A stretch of 64,000 bases of DNA from an uncultured Clostridia bacterium. GTDB taxonomy: Bacteria > Bacillota > Clostridia > Christensenellales > UBA1242. The DNA lies in the NCBI GenBank assembly GCA_934747385.1, contig CAKVGK010000002.1, positions 66,436 through 130,435 of the forward strand, read 5' to 3'. Within the stretch, counting starts at the first letter, position 1; each line of letters starts with the position of its first letter. A program made the translations under genes and the position numbers. The notes below the pieces were generated by a model, which saw nothing but the letters and a program-made list of their open reading frames with translations, was not told the DNA's origin and did not search any database. This document shows positions 19,611-27,543 of the stretch, piece after piece.

Positions 19611-19808
19611 AGTATTAAAAACAATAATAGAGTTTAAATATTTTTTATTATTAAGTTTAAGGACGTTTCTTGTTTTAGATTAAGAATTTATAAAATGAAC
19701 TATTATATAAAATTCTACTCAAATTCTACTTAGCCGAAAAAAAGACACGAAAAAAGCACACTAAATATAGCGCGCTTAATTCAATTTAACACGATATGTT
19801 GTGTTATT

Positions 19809-19850
19809 TGGTAGAGATGAGTGGACTCGAACCACCGACCCCCACCTTAT
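19809..19850 (-). pseudogene. Orphan 3' half of tRNA-Ile (anticodon loop to CCA), 42/42 identical to 20018-20059
   Basis: Exact 42-nt match read directly from the sequence. No matching 5' half (agagatg...) upstream on the minus strand. Confidence 0.85.
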
Positions 19851-19980
19851 ATTACATATATGCTAAGGGTTCTCAAAAGTCTGGTTCTTTGTTCCTTACT
19901 GCTTCCTTCAAGGTTTGCTTGTCAGCAAACTTATTTTTTATTTTTTATGCCAGTTCAGCAACGAGTTGCAACAATCCTAC

Positions 19981-20016
19981 AAAAACAAAAAAACGTTTAA
20001 CTTTCGTTAAACGCTT
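19981..20016 (-). terminator. Intrinsic terminator immediately after tRNA-Ile
   Basis: Minus strand: aagcgtttaac-gaaa-gttaaacgttt followed by ttttttgttttt. Confidence 0.7.
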
Positions 20017-20017
20017 G

Positions 20018-20094
20018 TGGTAGAGATGAGTGGACTCGAACCACCGACCCCCACCTTATCAGGGTGGTGCTCTAACCTGCTGAGCTACATCTCT
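20018..20094 (-). tRNA. tRNA-Ile (anticodon GAT), CCA encoded
   Basis: Hand-folded cloverleaf: acceptor AGAGATG/CATCTCT, anticodon loop CTGATAA, T loop TTCGAGT. Confidence 0.93.
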
Positions 20095-20259
20095 TCGTCG
20101 CAATTCGCCTTTTGGCGAGTTTGCTTCTAATAATTGCAAACGTCCGCTTGTTAGGCGTTTGCTCCTCTTACAAAGTGGCAACAAAGTTTCCCCTTTGTGA
20201 ACCCCTTTGATAAAAGGTGTTGGAATGTTTTGAAATATGAGTCTAGCTAGCTCAAGATC

Positions 20260-20314
20260 TGGTGGAGAATATCTGTCAGTTGATAAACAACTTAGGCAGG
20301 TATTCTTTCCACCA
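20260..20314 (-). other. Long hairpin whose 3' arm repeats the last 14 nt of tRNA-Ala (gatattctccacca)
   Basis: Minus strand: tggtggaaagaatacc...gatattctccacca. The stem is 6 bp, a 2-nt bulge, then 5 bp. The 14-mer is identical to the 3' end of the tRNA-Ala gene 91 nt upstream. Confidence 0.6.
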
Positions 20315-20363
20315 AAAATCTTTTTCGCTGTTGAAAATAAATTTTCACATCTCAAAATCTTTT

Positions 20364-20440
20364 TGGTGGAGAATATCGGATTCGAACCGATGACCCCTTG
20401 CTTGCAAGGCAAGTGCTCTAGCCAACTGAGCTAATCCCCC
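20364..20440 (-). tRNA. tRNA-Ala (anticodon TGC), CCA encoded
   Basis: Cloverleaf with the G3:U70 Ala identity pair, anticodon loop CTTGCAA, T loop TTCGAAT. Confidence 0.93.
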
Positions 20441-20475
20441 AAAATTATGAGCGCATTCACAACGAATGCAAGTTT

Positions 20476-20504
20476 ATATTATCAATTTTAAAAATGTTTG
20501 TCAA
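20476..20504 (-). promoter_or_regulatory. Sigma-A-type promoter of the tRNA-Ala/tRNA-Ile transcription unit
   Basis: Minus strand: TTGACA, 17 nt, TAATAT. The -10 ends about 35 nt before the tRNA-Ala 5' end. Confidence 0.7.
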
Positions 20505-20653
20505 TAAATTTTTACAAATTTTTTAAAAAATATTTGAAGATTTTGTTTTTTGTGCAGAAAATTTGTGAATTTGTTAATTTTTAAACTTATTTTGAATTTC
20601 AAACAATTTTGTTTTAAAATTTTTAGTTTGTCAAAAATTGAAAAGGAGGGAAT

Positions 20654-21280
20654 ATGGATTTTCAACAAAGTAAAACAAAAGAAAATTTGGCTCGTTCGTT
20701 TGCCAGCGAATGCATGGAGGGTGCAAGATATCAATTTTTGGCAAAAATGGCTCAACAACAAGGATATGAGTATTTAAGCAATCTTGTACGAACACTTGCA
20801 CACAATGAAATGGCACATGCACAACAATTTTTTAACAAAATTAACGAACATGCCGAACAAGAAGCACAAAACATAGAAATTACAGCTGGCTACCCATTTA
20901 AGCAAGGCGAGGACCTATGCGAAACTCTCAAACTTGAGGCACACAATGAGGAAATGAGTGCCGAAACTATTTATCCATCGTTTGCCGAAATTGCAAGGGA
21001 CGAGGGCTTTAAAGACGTGGCAGAACTGTTTGATATGGTTGCCAAAGTGGAAAAAACTCATCAGCGCACGCTTGAAAAACTGGCAGAGGGTTTAAAATGC
21101 AATTGCCTATATAAATGCAACTGCGGTGACGCTTGCTTTAAATGTGACGAATGCGGCACAATAATTCAAGACAAACAAGCTCCTAAAAAATGCCCGCTTT
21201 GCAATATGGAGCAGGGCTACTACCGAATTGATTTTAACCTTATCGGCAACGGCAAAAACCGCACAAAACCAAATCAATAA
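20654..21280 (+). CDS. Rubrerythrin family protein
   Basis: Ferritin-like diiron domain (ENLARSFASECMEGARYQF..., NEMAHAQQF) and a C-terminal rubredoxin-like CDECG...CPLC. SD aaggaggg. Confidence 0.85.
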   Translation: MDFQQSKTKENLARSFASECMEGARYQFLAKMAQQQGYEYLSNLVRTLAHNEMAHAQQFFNKINEHAEQEAQNIEITAGYPFKQGEDLCETLKLEAHNEEMSAETIYPSFAEIARDEGFKDVAELFDMVAKVEKTHQRTLEKLAEGLKCNCLYKCNCGDACFKCDECGTIIQDKQAPKKCPLCNMEQGYYRIDFNLIGNGKNRTKPNQ

Positions 21281-21302
21281 TAAACCCTATTTCAAATTAT
21301 AG

Positions 21303-21340
21303 ATACACTCAAAACCATTGTTTACGAGTGTATTTTTTTT
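21303..21340 (+). terminator. Intrinsic terminator after rubrerythrin
   Basis: atacactc-(15 nt)-gagtgtat-ttttttt. Confidence 0.7.
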
Positions 21341-21450
21341 ATAAAAGAAAACCACAAAATAGCCTGGTTCAGTTAAGGTTTACCTATGGGCAAGAATCTC
21401 GCGTCCCCTTAGGTGTCCGCAATAAACTTGCGTTTTTGGTTCCTATTGAG

Positions 21451-21537
21451 ATTGATCTCGCAAAATAAACAAATTTATTTTTTGCTGGTTGGTCTTATCC
21501 TAAATATCGTGCCGCGTTGGTCGTGATGAGCGGCGTC
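21451..21537 (-). pseudogene. Relic copy of the last 20 codons, stop and downstream hairpin of the MBL-fold hydrolase gene
   Basis: Lies exactly 200 nt from the real gene end (21651-21737). 73/87 nt are identical by hand count. It translates to DAAHHDQRGTIFRIRPTSKK* versus the real DLTHHEQRGTIFRITPTSKK*. Confidence 0.75.
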
Positions 21538-21646
21538 GCAGCACGCCAATGGGTTAGTTTGCTATGTGTTACAACGCAAACATATACCTTTAAGCGGCTG
21601 CTCCTTTTCCCCAACAAACCCATTTCATTTGGCTTTGTCAGGGACC
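21538..21646 (-). repeat. Dispersed ~100-nt element, copy A (inverted relative to copy B at 38695-38791)
   Basis: The reverse complement aligns with 38695-38791 at about 90% over the first ~60 nt (gtccc[tc]gacaaagcc[at]aatgaaatgggt[tc]tgttgggg..aaggagc.agccgcttaaagg). Identity is weaker after that. Confidence 0.65.
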
Positions 21647-21674
21647 CCAAATTGACCTCGCAAAATAAACTGAT

Positions 21675-22475
21675 TTATTTTTTGCTGGTTGGGGTTATTC
21701 TAAAAATTGTTCCACGTTGCTCGTGATGAGTGAGGTCAAGGCGGAAATCGCGGTTTGGAATAATGTTTTTGTTTTGCAAATAATTTGCAACTGTGCCAAC
21801 AGCAAGATTTGTGGTGTTGCTGTGTTCGCTAATATGGCTGAGAACCACCAATCGAGTTCCAGTCAGCACCAATTTTTCAATTGCCTTGGCGCATTGAAGA
21901 TTGCTCAAATGCCCGTGACTGCCGTTAATTCTACGCTTTAAAAATGGTGGGTATCCCGGGTATGCCATAAGCATTTCTGGGTCGTAATTGGCTTCTAAAT
22001 ACACGAGAGCACTGGACTTAATAACCTCAAAGGTTTCAGCAGAAAAATCGCCCAAGTCGGTGCAAACTGAAACAATAGCGTCTTCTTGATTAACCCTATA
22101 TCCAACGCAAAATTTGCTGTCGTGTGGCAAAGGGAAAGGCTGAATATGTAAATCTCCAATATCAAAATCTGTGTCAAAAAAAACAAAATTGTTAGGGTTA
22201 ATGTGAATTTGGCTCATGATCACTTCTTTAACATTCGCGTGCGCGTAAACTTTAGTGTCGTAAGTGCGCACAAATTTTTCTATGCCCTTAATGTGGTCGC
22301 TATGTTCATGGGTGATTAAAATTGCATCAATAGTTTCAGGTGCAATCTGCAATTCGTTTAAAGCGTTAAAAATGTAAGAAAAAGTCTTGCCATTGTCAAT
22401 CAAAATTCTGGCAGAATCTCCTTCAACATATGTGCAGTTTCCACTGCTCCCGCTTGCTAAATTGCATATACGCAT
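21675..22475 (-). CDS. MBL-fold metallo-hydrolase (YycJ/WalJ-like)
   Basis: ITHEHSDHIKG (HxHxDH) and further metal ligands. 266 aa. Confidence 0.8.
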   Translation of the reverse strand: MRICNLASGSSGNCTYVEGDSARILIDNGKTFSYIFNALNELQIAPETIDAILITHEHSDHIKGIEKFVRTYDTKVYAHANVKEVIMSQIHINPNNFVFFDTDFDIGDLHIQPFPLPHDSKFCVGYRVNQEDAIVSVCTDLGDFSAETFEVIKSSALVYLEANYDPEMLMAYPGYPPFLKRRINGSHGHLSNLQCAKAIEKLVLTGTRLVVLSHISEHSNTTNLAVGTVANYLQNKNIIPNRDFRLDLTHHEQRGTIFRITPTSKK

Positions 22476-22626
22476 ATGCGCATTTTAGCAGATAACCACA
22501 CAATTTGCAACAAAAATTGTTAATTTTTGATTGGAAGAATATGTAAAAATAATCAAAATTGCTTCAAACTATATATTGACAAATTTCAACTATGGTGTAT
22601 AATTGTTCGCAGCAAGGAGAAATGTA

Positions 22627-23088
22627 ATGGACAACTATACCGACATGCTAAACGAATTAGATGCATTTGAAATAGATTTATACGATAAAGTAAATCAAAA
22701 CTTAAATTTAATGTATGTTTTTAGCCAGTTGAACAAAGAATACGGCAAAAGTGCAATCTGCCAGAAAATTAGCGAGTGGTACACTGAAATTCAGCTTGAA
22801 AAGAGCGTTGATGAAAGATTGATAAAAATCAACTCTATAAAAGATTATCTGGAAATGATAATTGAAAGGCTTGGCGAAGATAAAGAGTTTTATATGACAA
22901 TGCTGGAAATTAAAAAGAGAAAATTTTTTTCAAAGTTGTTTTACAGACGCAAGTTGGATAGTGTTTTGGAGGTTATTTCAATTATCAACGATGTTACAGT
23001 TAATAACGATAACATAAAAAGCGATTTGATTAACAGGCAAAAACAAAATAATGAAAACCAGCAAGCCGCAGACGAAACAATCAATTAG
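22627..23088 (+). CDS. Hypothetical 153-aa protein (helical, no family recognised)
   Basis: SD aaggaga before ATG 22627. Preceded by a ttgaca...tataat-like region at about 22577-22605. Confidence 0.5.
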   Translation: MDNYTDMLNELDAFEIDLYDKVNQNLNLMYVFSQLNKEYGKSAICQKISEWYTEIQLEKSVDERLIKINSIKDYLEMIIERLGEDKEFYMTMLEIKKRKFFSKLFYRRKLDSVLEVISIINDVTVNNDNIKSDLINRQKQNNENQQAADETIN

Positions 23089-23395
23089 TGACTTTAAATT
23101 GGTGTGCAAAATTTAAGTTTTAGAGCAATAAAGACGCAAAAAACTTAAACATGCACACTTTTTTAATTCAAAGCGTGCAAAAGCGTTAAATTTATTTAAA
23201 AGTTTTGTTGACAATAAATTTCAAAAAAAGTAAAATAAAATACGAGGTGAAAAAAATGAGCATAAATCTTTAAACTCAAATTAAAATTTTTAGGCAGGAT
23301 TTTAACATAAAATTGCCAAATTCGGCAGTTGATTTTTGAGTATAATTGGTGGCGGAAACGCAAATTGCCTAAATTTAAGTTTAAAGGAGAAATTT

Positions 23396-24475
23396 ATGTT
23401 TGTTAATAACGAAATTATAAAAGAAAGGGCATATTTGGTTTGCCCATATGTTAATATTGAAAATGTTGAGCATCGCGCAAAAGAATTGGAGCAATTGACC
23501 GAAAGTGCGTTGTATGAAATTGTAAAATGCAATATTTTTCAGCCAAAAGAATTGAACGCTCGCACTTATTTTGGCAGCGGCAAAGCAGAGGAAATTCGCG
23601 ACGATATTAAAGCTCTTGGTGCAACAGTTGTTATTTTGGATTGCCCGCTAACAGGCAGCCAGTTGCGCAATTTAAGTGAAATTTTTGACGTTAAAACAAT
23701 TGACCGAACAATGCTTATTCTGGACATTTTTGCCGGTCGTGCAAAATCCAGCGAGGGTAAATTGCAAGTTGAATTGGCACAACTTAAATATAGTTTGCCA
23801 AGATTGAGTTGTTTGGAGTTGAACCAAGAGCGCATGGCAGGCAAGGGTGCTGGTGAAAAATTGCGAGATTTAAGCAAACGCAAAATTCAAGAAGATATTA
23901 ATAGGCTAGAAAAGGAAATCAAAGAAATTCAAAAAAATCGCCAAACACAGCGTAAGCAGCGCCTTTCACGCATGAAAAGTGTTGCTTTGGTGGGGTACAC
24001 AAATGCCGGCAAATCCACACTCATGAACGCCATTGCAAAGGCGGGCACTTATGCAGATGATAGGCTGTTTGCAACTTTGGACGTGCTAAGCAAAAAAGTT
24101 TGGGACAATGGCACTGAATATGTGCTTATTGACACAGTTGGCTTTGTAAGCAATTTGCCACACGAACTTATGTATGCGTTCTCTGCCACTTTGGAAGAAA
24201 CAATGGACTCCAACGTCCTTTTGCTTGTTGTTGATGCAAGCGACCCTCATTGTTACGACCAAATTGCGGTTGTTGAACGTGAATTTAAACGTATGGAAAT
24301 TGATCCAGGTCGCATAATTTTGGTTTATAATAAAATTGACAAAATAACCAACGCAGAGGCGCAAAATTTAAAATCATACCCATACGACACATGTTATATA
24401 GGCGCAAAATCAGGCAAAAACATTGTTCAACTTAAACAAATGATAGTTGAAAAATTGCAATCTTATAGTTTTTAA
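23396..24475 (+). CDS. hflX: GTPase HflX
   Basis: HflX N-domain, G1 GYTNAGKST, G3 DTVGF, G4 NKID. SD aaggaga before ATG 23396. Confidence 0.9.
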   Translation: MFVNNEIIKERAYLVCPYVNIENVEHRAKELEQLTESALYEIVKCNIFQPKELNARTYFGSGKAEEIRDDIKALGATVVILDCPLTGSQLRNLSEIFDVKTIDRTMLILDIFAGRAKSSEGKLQVELAQLKYSLPRLSCLELNQERMAGKGAGEKLRDLSKRKIQEDINRLEKEIKEIQKNRQTQRKQRLSRMKSVALVGYTNAGKSTLMNAIAKAGTYADDRLFATLDVLSKKVWDNGTEYVLIDTVGFVSNLPHELMYAFSATLEETMDSNVLLLVVDASDPHCYDQIAVVEREFKRMEIDPGRIILVYNKIDKITNAEAQNLKSYPYDTCYIGAKSGKNIVQLKQMIVEKLQSYSF

Positions 24476-24544
24476 TTAGATTTAAATTCTTTTAAATGTG
24501 ACGAAATTTTGTTACTACTTTTTCTTAAATTGAAGGAGGAAAGG

Positions 24545-26170
24545 ATGATTGTTAAAAATTTGTGTAAAGCATTTAAAACCAAACAAGTGTTAGACGATGT
24601 TTCTTTTGAGTTGCATCAAAGCGATAAGATTGGTTTAGTTGGAATAAATGGTTGTGGGAAATCAACTCTTTTAAATATTTTGTCAGGAAAGGAAATGCAA
24701 GATTCTGGCGAAATTAAATTTAATAATACTGAAAGTGTTGCAATTTTGCAGCAAGAGATAAATCCATCTCTGTATGAAATGTCAATAATTAATTATCTTA
24801 AAAGTCAATCTGGAGTTGGAGAGATTGAACAACAGATACAAGGTTTGGAGCAGAACTTAACCGATGAAAACATGGATTTATACGGAGATTTGTTAAATCA
24901 GTTTCTAGCCTGTGATGGATATAATTTTGATTTGAATGTTGCAAATATTTTGTCAGGATTAAAACTCAATAAGTCTTTAGAAGATAAAGTTGGGGTATTG
25001 TCTGGTGGTGAAAAAATTAAATTAATGTTGTCGAGTGTGCTATTAAGCACTAGTGAAATCTTGCTTCTTGATGAACCAACTAATAATCTTGATTTTTCGA
25101 GCGTTGAGTTCTTGGTAAATTATTTAAAAACATGCAAAAAATCATATATTGTAGTGTCACATGATGAAAAATTTCTAGATGAAGTAACAACTAAAACTTT
25201 TGAATTAAAAAATGGACGTTTGACAGAATTTCCTTTTTCTTGTTCTAAATATTTAGAAATGCAAAACCTTGCCTTTGAACAACGAAAAAGACAGTACTTA
25301 GATGCTAATGAACAACAAAATGTGTTAAAAACAAAAATTAATGAAGCTAAGGTAACGGCAAACACTTCAAAAAAGAAAGTGGCAAAAGACAATGATAAGA
25401 TAGGACATGACTATAAGGTTGGAAAAGGTGAAAACAAATCTGGTGCCTTGGTTAAAAAACTTACAAAACAATTGAATGATATCGAAATAGACACCGAATT
25501 TAGAGATAAACCAGTTTTTGATTTTAGAATAAATGAAACAGAAGAAAAATCATCAAAAGATATTATGCTTAAAAATTTGGTTTGTGGTTATGATGGTTTT
25601 TCAACATGTAAGTTTGGGCTAGACATACCTTTTGGTACAAGGGTTTTAATTAAGGGAAGCAATGGTTCCGGGAAAACGACATTGCTTAAAACTTTAATGG
25701 GGGAAATATCTCCAAAAGCAGGAGAAATTTATCTTGGTCGTGGAGTTAAAATCGGTTATATTGAACAAAACACATTAACCAATAATAAATTAGATCTTGA
25801 CATGCTATCTTATATTGTTGAAGGTAATAGTGAAATTGATAAATCTTTTGTTTATCAAATCTTGAATAGCTTTGGTGTTCCTTATGAAGAAAAAGATAAA
25901 CCTTTTAAAGATTTCAGTGCAGGTCAAAGAACAAAAATTAATTTAGCAAAATTAGCTATCAACAAAGTAAATACATTGATTTTAGATGAACCAACAAATC
26001 ATTTAGATTTGGAATCTGCTCAAATTCTATACAACGCTCTAGAATCTTTTAAAGGGACAATTATTGCTGTTACACATAATATGACATTAATTGATCATTT
26101 ACATCCTGACATTGTTTTTGATATGAACATTTGTGCAATAGAGAACAAATCATTTGTTCAAAATAGTTAA
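24545..26170 (+). CDS. ABC-F family ATPase (two NBDs, no TM domain)
   Basis: Walker A GINGCGKST and GSNGSGKTT. Signatures LSGGEKIKL and FSAGQRTKI. The inter-domain linker is ~100 aa and Lys-rich. SD aaggagga. Confidence 0.85.
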   Translation: MIVKNLCKAFKTKQVLDDVSFELHQSDKIGLVGINGCGKSTLLNILSGKEMQDSGEIKFNNTESVAILQQEINPSLYEMSIINYLKSQSGVGEIEQQIQGLEQNLTDENMDLYGDLLNQFLACDGYNFDLNVANILSGLKLNKSLEDKVGVLSGGEKIKLMLSSVLLSTSEILLLDEPTNNLDFSSVEFLVNYLKTCKKSYIVVSHDEKFLDEVTTKTFELKNGRLTEFPFSCSKYLEMQNLAFEQRKRQYLDANEQQNVLKTKINEAKVTANTSKKKVAKDNDKIGHDYKVGKGENKSGALVKKLTKQLNDIEIDTEFRDKPVFDFRINETEEKSSKDIMLKNLVCGYDGFSTCKFGLDIPFGTRVLIKGSNGSGKTTLLKTLMGEISPKAGEIYLGRGVKIGYIEQNTLTNNKLDLDMLSYIVEGNSEIDKSFVYQILNSFGVPYEEKDKPFKDFSAGQRTKINLAKLAINKVNTLILDEPTNHLDLESAQILYNALESFKGTIIAVTHNMTLIDHLHPDIVFDMNICAIENKSFVQNS

Positions 26171-26202
26171 ATATGTTAAAATAAAAAATAATAGGGGTAC
26201 AA

Positions 26203-26901
26203 ATGAAGTTTTTTACGGCAGATATTCATTTTAGTGACACACTCACAATGCAAACAGACAATCGTCCTTTCAAAAACATAAAGGAATATGACAGGTTTAT
26301 TGTTAACAACTTTAACAAAACTGCCAAGAAGGGCGACACCATTTATGTTATAGGCGACCTGCTTGACTGCAATGGCCCTAACACATACGAATGGAAAAAG
26401 GGTTTGGAGCAAATAAAAAAAATTAATGCAGAGCTAGTTCTTATTATGGGCAATAATGAAGACAGGGTTGTTAAATACTTTTTCAATAATAGTTTTGAAA
26501 AATTCAAACAATGTTGTTTTGAACATGGTATAAAACAGGTGTATCACAGCCTTATTGTTGAAGCTTGCGGCAGAAAAGTGAATTTGGTGCACCAAATAAA
26601 GGACGGCAAAAAGAATATGTGCAACTTTTTTGGTCACACGCACCTTTGTGCTGGCTTATACCATCCATATGGGTTGTGTGTTTCAACCGACTTAAATCAT
26701 TTTAGGTTGTTCACTGAGGAGTTGCTTAGCGGTTACTTGCAACGCAAACACGATTTTTGGGAGCCAGACGACAACTTAAATTATATAAATCCATTCATCA
26801 AAATGGTTGACAAGAAATTGGTTAACGTAAAGCAACAAAAGTCAAAACTCTGGCAGGACTATGCTAGGCATTTAAAAGAGGATGGTCAATGCTTTGATTA
26901 A
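26203..26901 (+). CDS. Calcineurin-like metallophosphoesterase
   Basis: Motifs ADIHFSD, GDLLD, GNNED, GHTH. Confidence 0.75.
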   Translation: MKFFTADIHFSDTLTMQTDNRPFKNIKEYDRFIVNNFNKTAKKGDTIYVIGDLLDCNGPNTYEWKKGLEQIKKINAELVLIMGNNEDRVVKYFFNNSFEKFKQCCFEHGIKQVYHSLIVEACGRKVNLVHQIKDGKKNMCNFFGHTHLCAGLYHPYGLCVSTDLNHFRLFTEELLSGYLQRKHDFWEPDDNLNYINPFIKMVDKKLVNVKQQKSKLWQDYARHLKEDGQCFD

Positions 26902-27002
26902 ACCTCTCCAGTCACCACGTGCGAATGTGAACTAGGCGCTTATGCGGGCGTTTAAAAGGAATATTGTTGGAATAAATCGCTTTATGGGCTAATATAATAA
27001 AA

Positions 27003-27038
27003 GTTTACGGAGATTTTTGTTTTCCGTAACTTTTTTTT
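27003..27038 (+). terminator. Intrinsic terminator
   Basis: ttacgga-(11 nt)-tccgtaa-cttttttt. Confidence 0.6.
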
Positions 27039-27129
27039 AACGCTCTGCGTACTATGTACTATACAAAGGAAAATTAATGCACTTATGAAATTCTTTGTAA
27101 ATACATAATCAAATACTTTAGGAGGAACT

Positions 27130-27339
27130 ATGTTCAACAAATTCTTTGGTGGCAACGATTGTGGTTGCAACGAGGGCATGAACACAGGCTGCTGCGGCGA
27201 CTTCGCTTGGATTATCATCCTTATTTTGTTGCTTTGCAATTGTGGCTGCCGCATTGACCCATGCTTGCTTATTATCATTTTATTGTTGCTTTGCGGCTGC
27301 GGTTGCGGCGGAAAGAACAATGGTGGCTGTGGCTGCTAG
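27130..27339 (+). CDS. Cys-rich hydrophobic mini-protein (13 Cys in 69 aa)
   Basis: Strong SD aggagga 6 nt before the ATG and a terminator downstream. CGC/CC/CxC clusters flank two Ile/Leu-only segments. Resembles the small Cys/Gly-rich proteins of Clostridia that are often auto-annotated as chorion high-cysteine or YjcZ-like (from memory). Confidence 0.6.
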   Translation: MFNKFFGGNDCGCNEGMNTGCCGDFAWIIILILLLCNCGCRIDPCLLIIILLLLCGCGCGGKNNGGCGC

Positions 27340-27420
27340 GAATTGCCACACCATTAAGTTGGTTTGCCCAAAAATATTGGTAACACACAAAAGAAAATTT
27401 TAAAAATTAGTGGTTTAATG

Positions 27421-27447
27421 TAAAGAGAGCACTGCGCTCTCTTTTTA
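27421..27447 (+). terminator. Intrinsic terminator
   Basis: agagagc-actgc-gctctct-ttttt. Confidence 0.7.
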
Positions 27448-27543
27448 ATTGACTAAACAATGTAAGTGTGGTAAAATTTAAGCAACAACAAAAATACAAT
27501 TTGTAACATTAAACACTCAATATTTTGCAATAAAAGGATTAAA

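Noticed and set aside
19899-19909. The minus-strand 11-mer gaaggaagcag is identical to the conserved SRP RNA domain IV core (GGAAGCAG with preceding GAA), followed by taagg as in E. coli 4.5S RNA.
   Set aside because: No GNRA tetraloop precedes it (the loop would be UUGA/UGAA). No complementary 5' strand exists to build helix 8 or helix 5. It lies downstream of a terminator. This is most likely a chance purine-rich match.
20059-20412. 117-aa minus-strand ORF and the 65-aa plus-strand ORF (20237-20434).
   Set aside because: They run straight through tRNA-Ile, the structured spacer and tRNA-Ala, so they are artefacts of the RNA gene region.
21517-21726. 69-aa ORF across repeat copy A, and the 76-aa ORF 38645-38875 across repeat copy B.
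   Set aside because: The two ORFs read opposite strands of the shared element, so the shared sequence cannot encode a common protein. Neither has an SD. Both span REP-like sequences.
26982-27320. 112-aa Gln/Pro-rich minus-strand ORF.
   Set aside because: It is the antisense image of the Cys-codon-rich plus-strand ORF 27130-27339. The plus-strand ORF has a strong SD and a terminator, while the minus-strand ORF has neither.
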